From contig CAWGZR010000005.1 of NCBI GenBank assembly GCA_963827165.1, positions 640,001 to 704,000 of the forward strand: a stretch of 64,000 nt of DNA, written 5' to 3'. Under the pieces are notes generated by a model that was not told where the DNA came from, made no database searches, and was given only the letters and a program-made list of their open reading frames with translations. The stretch is from Candidatus Bathyarchaeota archaeon. GTDB lineage: Archaea > Thermoproteota > Bathyarchaeia > Bathyarchaeales > Bathycorpusculaceae. Below are positions 19,882 through 28,490 of the stretch, piece after piece. The stretch's first letter is position 1. Every line of letters begins with the position of its first letter. Made by a program: the position numbers and the translations under genes.

Positions 19882-21537
19882 ATGATAGTGCCCAAGCTTA
19901 AGACGATAAAACGTAAATCTGTAATTTGCCTACTGTTGACTTTTCTCATTATCTTTTCTGTTTTCTCTTCGGCAACGCGTTTGATTAATGCTGCAAGCGC
20001 CCCCGTTTTAAGTATTGTTCCAACTGGCATCGGCGGCGCCACCTCAGGTACCACAACTATGATTCAATCAGAAGCGGTTGGCTCCAATTTCTCAGTAGAT
20101 ATCAGAGTTGACAACTACGCGAGTGTCAATATTGGCGGCAAAAACAACGGTGTCAGTGGAGCAAGCTACTTTGTCACTTGGAACCCTGCAGTGCTTGGGC
20201 TTGTATCTTACACTGATGAAAAATGGCTTCCCTCCCAGTCGAGCACAGGTGATTTTTCAGGTAACGTAACACTTGGGCAACTTCTCATAGGTCAAATCGC
20301 TTTCGACCTGAGCAGCCCTTTTCTGACTGCTAATAGCACTTCTGGGTCAGTATCCGTTACGATAAAGTTTGAAGTGCTGTCGACCGGTTCAACCCTTATT
20401 TCACTTTCGCCCCAGAAGGGCGTTGCATACCTTTTGGCTCCTCAGACGGCGGGGGATGGAATCACGGCAGGTTACGCAGTGTCGGGAACTTTAACAGCGA
20501 ACGCACAATATGGCCCATCATCGGGATTAAGCAGTCCGTCACTTTACGGCCCCACTGCCGTTTTCACTCCCATGGACGGGTCAGCCTTCAAATTAGGCAC
20601 ACCCATAACGTTAAATGCAACGTTATCCACACCCGGCAATGACACCCAAATCTGCGACATAACAAACTACGCATGGAGCGTTGAATATCTCAATGGAACA
20701 ACACTCACCTCGCTCACAGGAGACGCCACAACATTCACCCCCGATGCTCTCGGATCGTTCCGCGTAATTCTCATCGTTACAGCCCCAGACGTTAGCCCAT
20801 CTCCTAACCCTGACTATTCAAGTACAGATAGCACTAGCGCAATAATCAACGTAATTTCCAGCGCGCTTAGCATCGACGTATTTACTGATAAAGAAGGCAT
20901 CGGCCAAGGAGCAAGCGAAGGCGCATACGGGCCTCTTCAATTGGTGCCAACATACGCGTTAGTCACAACTAGCGATACTCCGTTGGCAGACCAAAGTGTT
21001 TTTTTCACTATACTTGACGCGAACGGAACCTCTTATTACAGGCAAGGAGTCACAAACGAAACCGGCATTGCTACAATTCAACCCAGCTTCAGACTTCCAG
21101 CTCCTGACTTTGGTTCTCCTCAAACAGGCTTCGGAACATGGTCAATAACCGCGACAACCAGCGTCCTAAATGTCATAGCAAACGATACCACAACCTTCAC
21201 CTTCAACTACTTGAGCGGGATAGAAAACATAACACTCCCCACCAGTATCCACGCAACCGAAACATTGCCCATACAGCTAACCATAAACAACATAGCCCTT
21301 TCTGAACAATGGACACAGTTAAGCATCACAATATTTGACCAGGCAGGTATACCCATAGGTTCCTCCACTCTGACGGCAACTCAACAAACCCAAGACCTAA
21401 CCGTCGTAGACGCAGCAATCACCATTCCTTCATGGGCATTCACTGGGCAAGCAACCGTTTATCTTTGCCTAATTTCTAACTCAACAAACATCCCATTGGC
21501 CCCGGAAAGCATTGCCAACTTCAATATTCTGTCATGA
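19882..21537 (+). CDS. Scaffoldin paralog: cohesin, PKD-like, Big_1-like and IPSWAFTG domains
   Basis: Collinear homology with 18183..19871 (FSVDIRVDNYASVNIGG..TWNPAVL..WLPSQS..GQIAF; ITNYAW; IPSWAFTGQATVY). Confidence 0.8.
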   Translation: MIVPKLKTIKRKSVICLLLTFLIIFSVFSSATRLINAASAPVLSIVPTGIGGATSGTTTMIQSEAVGSNFSVDIRVDNYASVNIGGKNNGVSGASYFVTWNPAVLGLVSYTDEKWLPSQSSTGDFSGNVTLGQLLIGQIAFDLSSPFLTANSTSGSVSVTIKFEVLSTGSTLISLSPQKGVAYLLAPQTAGDGITAGYAVSGTLTANAQYGPSSGLSSPSLYGPTAVFTPMDGSAFKLGTPITLNATLSTPGNDTQICDITNYAWSVEYLNGTTLTSLTGDATTFTPDALGSFRVILIVTAPDVSPSPNPDYSSTDSTSAIINVISSALSIDVFTDKEGIGQGASEGAYGPLQLVPTYALVTTSDTPLADQSVFFTILDANGTSYYRQGVTNETGIATIQPSFRLPAPDFGSPQTGFGTWSITATTSVLNVIANDTTTFTFNYLSGIENITLPTSIHATETLPIQLTINNIALSEQWTQLSITIFDQAGIPIGSSTLTATQQTQDLTVVDAAITIPSWAFTGQATVYLCLISNSTNIPLAPESIANFNILS

Positions 21538-21725
21538 CCTACAAGAAAACAATCACGCGATTTCATTGGCATGTTCTCTTAATTTTTCTATATAGCACGT
21601 ATCAAGTACAAGTAGTTCTATGAGTTCGCCTTCGTTAAACCTGTTTCTATGTCGAAAGATGATTTATAGCGCGTGCTATCAATCAATAAAATAATTTAGT
21701 GGAAACAGTGAAGGGAGATTTGGCC

Positions 21726-23343
21726 ATGAGACGAAATGTGATAGCTAGTGTGTTGCTCATTACCCTAATGTTAGCGAGTTTTGGTGCAATGGTTTACGCC
21801 CAAGTATACCGTCCAAATAGGGTACCCAAGTTCACCAACCGACTTAGGCATCACTACATCTCAAGGCTATTGGATCGGACAATTCCCAATTACAATAAAT
21901 GGAAACACAGGTGAAGCCTACTGCTTAACTCCCAGCGGCACCGTCTATGAAGGTTCTTCTTATTCAGCCGACGAAGTCTTAGTACCAACGAACGACGCGA
22001 CATGGCAAGCTATCAGCTACTTATTGAGTTGGTATGCTCCAACAGACGCAACTAGTGCCGCAGTTGATCAAGTTGCAATCTGGGATCTTTTAGGCGAGGC
22101 TCCACCTTATTCTGACTTCGTTCTGGACTCCTCAATTACGAGTCCAGCGGCTACATTAGCGGCTGATGCTAGCGGCAAGAATACCGCCATGCCTATCGAC
22201 ACATTAACGTGGACTTCGCCCGGTGCAGGCACCACATCAGCTGATCCAGGTACGACGGTAAGTTTTCTGGTTCAACTTGGTTCCGCACGTCCAAACGTAC
22301 AAATCGACTTTACTGCGAGTCTTACATCAGCTGGTGGTTTGCCCACAACTTTGCCGTCGGCAGATGTTAGCCCAAGTGTGGCTTTTACAGACGGTGACGG
22401 TATGGCCCAAGTTAGTGTTACAGTGCCTTCGGACGCCCCGGTGGGTTCGACAATCGCAGTTACAGCTTCTACACAAAGCGTATGGCCAACGCAATACTTA
22501 GACCTGCTAAACTACAATAGTGGAGCTCAAAACCTACTCGGATTAGGCCCGGCTCTAGACCTAACAACAAGCGCGAGCACTTCAGTCTCTCAATCCTTAA
22601 CAATCAACGCGCCTGTGACCGTAACATCAAACAACGCTACTATGGGATCTGTAAGCCCATCGTCAGGAAGCTACGGACAGAACCCCACCACAATAACTGC
22701 AACAGCGAATCCTGGATACCAATTTGTCGACTGGGTAGCGACAGGCGGAGTATCCTTGACGTCTAACTTGGATAGCACTACAACTTTCACGACGTCTGGA
22801 ACTGGCTCAATAGAAGCGTTCTTCGCACCTCTAACACCTATACAAACCACCAGTGTACTAGTTCCAGCGGTCGCAACTCAAACAGGCTTCACAATGCCGT
22901 CAAGTGTAACTTTAACCAACCCAAATTCGGTGTCAGAAACCGCAAGCATTCAAATTTCCACAGGCTCAAGTGTATTGTACATCGGAACAGTGACATTGAA
23001 CTCTCAGCAAACGCAGGCTTTACCCTGTTCCATCAATACCGGCTCATTGCCAATAGGAAACTGCGCTTTCACCGTCACAGTAACAACTACGAGCCTGTCG
23101 AGTTCAAAACCTCAAATGCTAACTGTGCAGTCTGGAATAACCTGTTTAGGCGATCTAAACGGTGACGGAAAAGTAAACTTCAGTGATTTATGTATCTTTG
23201 TGACGGAATACGTTAGCTATCTCCAAACGGGGACATACTGTGCAAACATTGATTTCAACCATGTCGGAAGCTTAAGCTTTTCCGACGAAACTGCATTTGT
23301 TTATTCCTACGCCCAATACGGACAGTGGGCATGCGGTGCTTAA
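21726..23343 (+). CDS. Thioester-domain (Cys-Gln) adhesin-like protein with InlB-B-like repeat and C-terminal dockerin; frameshift just after the signal peptide
   Basis: Signal peptide MRRNVIASVLL..AQ in one frame, then GEAYCLTP...AVDQVAIWDLL, ITATANPGYQFVDW, and GDLNGDGKVNFSD / DFNHVGSLSFSD. Confidence 0.75.
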
Positions 23344-23589
23344 AACCACAAATCAATTTCTTTTTTCTTCTTAAGTTTGTCCAACATGGAAAGTCTTTGT
23401 CAACGAGGAGGCACTATTCCAGATTCAATGATTGGGTGACGGTCGGAGTTTCTGTCGCTGATTCTAACGCTGACGGCACTATAATAATGCTTAATCCAGA
23501 AACATCAGGTACTTTGCAAACTAATTTCGAAAATAGCAACGCGAGTAATTCTCAAGACTCTGGACTTTTTACAAACGTAAAAATAATGC

Positions 23590-23797
23590 TAATCCTCGCG
23601 CGCGCTCAGTCACCGCTGGCTCAACCATCGTCTTTACAGGCACTGCTTCGAACGCAAATGAAAGCCAATGAGATGTAACTGGCTCCACCACTTGGAGTAT
23701 CAATATAGATGCCCAAGGAACTTGGATTGGCGACTCTTTCACCGCGTATCGAACGGACAAACAAATCGGAGCGGTAGCTAAAACTGTATCTTACTAA
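23590..23797 (+). pseudogene. Decayed copy of the W-rich Ig-like repeat
   Basis: Frame reads SVTAGSTIVFTGTASNANESQ*DVTGSTTWSINIDAQGTWIGDSFTA; TGA at 23669 replaces the conserved Trp of WDVT. Confidence 0.7.
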
Positions 23798-24126
23798 ATG
23801 ATGTTTCACACTTGGCAATTTTTGAAACTTCATTTAAAACCCAGTCTAAATATCGTTTCTTTTTTTTCGCAATTATAGACCCAAACGTATTTGGAAAAAT
23901 GAACTTCTTTCGCCCAAAGATTCTGTTCGTGTAACATGTTTAGCATGCGATTCGATTTGGCAACTCAAAAGCTATATTTCTAACTCACAATGCGAGATAG
24001 AAATAGTTCAATATAATTTTTTGTAAAACCGATATGACTACGGAGTTCTCGTTGGAACTATTGAATCTATGTGGATAAGTGTAAAGTACTTTTGGTGCTT
24101 TCATTAGCGTCAGGAGAAAGGTAGCG

Positions 24127-27100
24127 ATGGGAAGGCTAGTTAGAAATTCGGTTATATCCGTTGTACTAATTTTCATTATGCTTTTCCCGTGTCTGCATGT
24201 TGGATTAACTGTTGCTCAGCCTCCTTCAAATTATTTTACCATAACTGGCGCTCCATCCACAGCAACTGCGGGCCAAAGTATTAACGGGATAACGGTGACG
24301 GCGTATAATTCTAATGGTCAGGTATTGACAAGTTATACGGGGCAAGTTTATTTTACTTCAACCGATTCAAGAGCGACCCTTCCATATACTTCTCAGAGTA
24401 CTTACACTTTCACTACTGGCGTCTCAGGGGATAATGGAGTTCATGTTTTTTCAGGAATTAACTTAGTGACAGCTGGCTCCCAAACCATAACCGTCACTGA
24501 CGGAACTATGTCGGGAACTTCCCCTACAATAATAGTCAGTCCAGCTGCCCTTTACCAGATCCAAGTCTCACCAAAGACCGCAACAATAGTTACGGGGTCC
24601 CAAATAACCTACACTGCTACTGCTTCTGACTACTACGGTAACACGTGGGACGTTTCTGCTTCAACTTTCTTTTACATCGATTCTGGCGCCCACGGCTCAT
24701 GGTCAAATAACGTTTACACCTCCGCATCGACCGGCGTCTGGGGTGTAGGCGCCTTCTATAACGGGAAGACCGATTCGGCCTCTCTGACAGTTATTCAAGG
24801 AAACGCGGTGAGCATCACCATAAGCCCCAAAACCCCCTCTATCACAGCAGGCAACTCGCAATCTTTCACTGCAACAGCCCACGATTCCATGAGCAACGAA
24901 TGGGATGTCACTAGCCTCACAACTTGGAGCATAGATTCTGGCGCTGGCGGCTCCTGGAGCGCCAACACTTACACATCCCACATTGCTGGAACATGGCTGG
25001 TAACAGGGACTTACGGCAGCTTTCATGATACCGCTTCCTTAACTGTAACACATTCAACCCCATCTTACCTTAGTATTTCCCCAGTTAACCCAACCTCCGC
25101 GGCAGGCACTTCCGTAACTTTTACAGCTACAGCTTTCGACTTTTACGGAAATAGTTGGGATGTCACAAGTTTGGCAAGCTTTAGCATAACTTCTGGGGCT
25201 GGTGGTTCGTGGAGCGGAAACGTTTACACATCTGCAAAAGCAGGAATTTGGACAGTGTCAGCTAGTTATTTAGGCATACCTGCAACTACAACATTAACCA
25301 TCAGCTTCGCCAATGTTAACAGCATCACAATTACTCCTCAGACTTCCACCTTGGTGGCTGGTTCCTCAGAAGCCTTTACGGCTACTGCTTTAGACATTTA
25401 CGGCAACACCTTGGACGTTTCGAGTTCCACAAGTTGGAGCATTAATGTTGCCGCAGAAGGCTCATGGACCGGTAACACATACACTTCAGCGATAGCTGGC
25501 ATTTGGACGGTAACTGGTCTGTATGAAGGCATATCTGAGACCGCAACTTTAACGGTTACTCCAGGTTCTGCCGTCAGTTTAGTTGTAGGCTCAGCAGTAT
25601 CTTCAACTGCCGCCGGAACAAGTGTAACTTTTACTGCCACAGCCTTCGATAGTTTTGGTAACTCTTGGGCTGTTTCAGCTTCGACTTCCTGGGTTATTGA
25701 CTCAGGCGCGCAAGGGCATTGGTCTGGCAACGTTTACACTTCAGCGAAAGCTGGGTTTTGGACGGTAACCGGTGTTTATGGCGTATTAAGGGATAGTGCC
25801 ACACTAACTGTAACTCCTGGTCAACCAATCAGCTTAACAATATCTCCTCCAACAGCCGACCTAACGGCGGGTCTTACTCAAACCTATACTGCAACCGCCC
25901 AAGATAGTTTTTCAAATACTTGGGACGTATCCTCATTAGCCCGCTGGACTATCAATAGTCAGGTAGGTGGCCTTTGGTCAGGCAATGTCTACTCATCCGC
26001 CATAGCAGGATCATGGACCGTAACTGCCACTTATCAAGGCTTGTCCAACACCGCATCTTTAACTGTCACACACACCTACGCTGTGCAAATTCAGGTAAAC
26101 CCTGAAACATCAACCATTGTTGCTGGTAATACTCAAACTTATACGACTACAGCAACTGATCACTTTGGAAATAGTTGGGACACAACTAGTTCTTCAACTT
26201 TCACAGTAGACGAAGAAGCTGGTGGCTCCTTAAACGGGAACATCTACACTTCAGCTAATGCTGGAACATGGACCGTTACAGCCACAAGCCTCGGATTAAC
26301 TAACACCGCTATGTTAACAATCACCCATGCGTCAGCGGTCTCAATCTCTATCAGCCCAAATACTGCTACAATTACTGCGGGAAGCACCCAGACTTACACG
26401 GCATTGGCATCTGACACGTACAACAATATCTGGGACGTAACAAGCTTGACAACTTGGACTGTCAGCACAGGGGCGGGAGGCAGTTGGTCCGGCAATGTTT
26501 ATACTTCTGCAGCTTCGGGAAACTGGGTGATCAAGGGAACTTATTCAAGCTTTTCCGACACCGCTTACTTAACTGTGAATCATGCTAACGCCATAAGCGT
26601 CAGCATAATGCCTAAGACAGCTACCATAACAACGGGATCCAACGAAGCGTTTACTGCCACTGCAATCGATGCGCACGGCAACATTTGGGACGTCACTAGC
26701 GCTTCAACTTGGATAATTGATTCTGGTGCCGGCGGCTCATGGACAGGAAATGTCTATTACTCCGTCGATGCAGGCACCTGGAGAGTAACCGTTACTTACG
26801 GCAGTTTAACTGACACTGCATCTTTAACAGTAAATCATGGAACCGCTCAAAGCATAACGGTGACTCCAACAACGGCAACCTTGACCGCGGGCTCTCCTCA
26901 AACATTTACAGCAACAGCATACGATTCTAACGGTAACAGATGGGATGTCACCAGCTCCACGACCTGGACTATTGATTCTGGCGCAGGTGGCCTTTGGAGT
27001 GGCAGCACTTACACTTCAAACACAGCTGGCGTCTGGATCGTCGTGGGAACTTACTCAGGATTAACCAGCACATCCACAGTAACCGTAAATCACGCGCCTG

Positions 27101-28305
27101 CAGCCAGCATAACCGTGGGATCATCCTCAAACTCGATCACCGCCGGAGCCACAGTAACTTTTACTGCCACAGCCTCAGATGTTTATGGTAATTTATGGAG
27201 TGTCACAAGCTCTACTGTCTGGACTATTGATTCTGGTGCGGGCGGCTCCTTATCGGGAAACAGTTACACTTCCGAATTATCCGGTGTCTGGACTGTTAAA
27301 GGCGCCTACGGAAGCTTATCTGATATACTATCCTTAACCGTAACTCATGCTTCCATGGTCAGCATCAATGTTACTCCCACTGATGCCACCGTTGCTGCAG
27401 GTTCCAACGAAGCCTACTCAGTCACAGCCTACGACAGCTTCGGCAACAGTTGGGACATAACAAGCTCGGCGCAATTGAGCATATCCTCTCAAGCAGGCGG
27501 CATCTGGACCAACAATGTTTATACTCCCGCTAAGGCAGGCACATGGACAATCACTGCCGCAGTTCCAGGCTTTTCAATAACAACACCCATCATAGTGGTT
27601 CATGGTTCCATAGCCAGCGTAACAATTTCGCCCCACAATCCAACAATTAACGCGGGATCAAGTCAGACCTTCACGGCGACCGCCTATGACCAGTACGGAA
27701 ATTTCTGGGACGTAAGCAACCTTGCAATCTGGATTATCGACTCTGGCGCTCAAGGTTCATGGGCAAACAGTGTCTACACTTCAGATAAAGCAGGAACGTG
27801 GGAAGTCACAGGAGTCTATGACAACTTACTGGACAATACCTTCATGACTGTTAACCACGGCACAATCACGAGCCTCACAATAACTCCAGCCACGGCAACG
27901 ATTAATCAAGGAAGCACTCAGACCTACACTTCAACCACTTCGGATGCTTACAGCAATACCTGGGACGCCACAAGCTCAACCAACTGGCAAATAACTGCGG
28001 GCGCTGGCGGCTCATGGACAGGAAACGTCTACACATCTGCTAATACGGGCACTTGGACCGTTACCGGCACCTCTTCCAGTGTATCTGGAAATGCACAGCT
28101 GACAGTAAATGGATATTCACCAGTTGATTTCCTTCACACAGGCCAAGTAAACAGTCTAGACATATTCTACTTCATTTACTGGTACGTTTATTACGGTCAG
28201 TATGGATACGTCAATCCAGCTTGCGATTTTAACCATGACGGAAAGCTGAACTTCCAAGACGTAGTGCTATTTACGACTTACTATATCGCTGCCACGACAC
28301 CATGA
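24127..28305 (+). CDS. Large Ig-like repeat surface protein (14 repeats of ~85 aa) with C-terminal dockerin
   Basis: Signal peptide; 14 copies of TATA.D.YGN.WDV...W.IDSGAGGSW.GN.YTS..AG.W.VT; C-terminal DFLHTGQVNSLDIFYF / DFNHDGKLNFQD. Confidence 0.85.
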   Translation: MGRLVRNSVISVVLIFIMLFPCLHVGLTVAQPPSNYFTITGAPSTATAGQSINGITVTAYNSNGQVLTSYTGQVYFTSTDSRATLPYTSQSTYTFTTGVSGDNGVHVFSGINLVTAGSQTITVTDGTMSGTSPTIIVSPAALYQIQVSPKTATIVTGSQITYTATASDYYGNTWDVSASTFFYIDSGAHGSWSNNVYTSASTGVWGVGAFYNGKTDSASLTVIQGNAVSITISPKTPSITAGNSQSFTATAHDSMSNEWDVTSLTTWSIDSGAGGSWSANTYTSHIAGTWLVTGTYGSFHDTASLTVTHSTPSYLSISPVNPTSAAGTSVTFTATAFDFYGNSWDVTSLASFSITSGAGGSWSGNVYTSAKAGIWTVSASYLGIPATTTLTISFANVNSITITPQTSTLVAGSSEAFTATALDIYGNTLDVSSSTSWSINVAAEGSWTGNTYTSAIAGIWTVTGLYEGISETATLTVTPGSAVSLVVGSAVSSTAAGTSVTFTATAFDSFGNSWAVSASTSWVIDSGAQGHWSGNVYTSAKAGFWTVTGVYGVLRDSATLTVTPGQPISLTISPPTADLTAGLTQTYTATAQDSFSNTWDVSSLARWTINSQVGGLWSGNVYSSAIAGSWTVTATYQGLSNTASLTVTHTYAVQIQVNPETSTIVAGNTQTYTTTATDHFGNSWDTTSSSTFTVDEEAGGSLNGNIYTSANAGTWTVTATSLGLTNTAMLTITHASAVSISISPNTATITAGSTQTYTALASDTYNNIWDVTSLTTWTVSTGAGGSWSGNVYTSAASGNWVIKGTYSSFSDTAYLTVNHANAISVSIMPKTATITTGSNEAFTATAIDAHGNIWDVTSASTWIIDSGAGGSWTGNVYYSVDAGTWRVTVTYGSLTDTASLTVNHGTAQSITVTPTTATLTAGSPQTFTATAYDSNGNRWDVTSSTTWTIDSGAGGLWSGSTYTSNTAGVWIVVGTYSGLTSTSTVTVNHAPAASITVGSSSNSITAGATVTFTATASDVYGNLWSVTSSTVWTIDSGAGGSLSGNSYTSELSGVWTVKGAYGSLSDILSLTVTHASMVSINVTPTDATVAAGSNEAYSVTAYDSFGNSWDITSSAQLSISSQAGGIWTNNVYTPAKAGTWTITAAVPGFSITTPIIVVHGSIASVTISPHNPTINAGSSQTFTATAYDQYGNFWDVSNLAIWIIDSGAQGSWANSVYTSDKAGTWEVTGVYDNLLDNTFMTVNHGTITSLTITPATATINQGSTQTYTSTTSDAYSNTWDATSSTNWQITAGAGGSWTGNVYTSANTGTWTVTGTSSSVSGNAQLTVNGYSPVDFLHTGQVNSLDIFYFIYWYVYYGQYGYVNPACDFNHDGKLNFQDVVLFTTYYIAATTP

Positions 28306-28490
28306 TGAAACTAATAACAGAAAAACTTCTCTGCAAAGGCCGATTCAAAAATCGGCACCCGAGAGGGCAAAATGTGCAATCAAAACGTTTTCTAAATAGA
28401 CTATTTTCTCTTGCTCAGTCTCAATGTTGACTATGGCGATAAGTGTCATATGGATAAACCATCCATACAGCTCTCTTGGTTGAGAGGCTT

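Noticed and set aside
23669-23671. TGA recoding (Sec or Trp) in the repeat relic
   Set aside because: The surrounding sequence is also degraded and TGA serves as a normal stop elsewhere in the window; a simple nonsense mutation is more likely.
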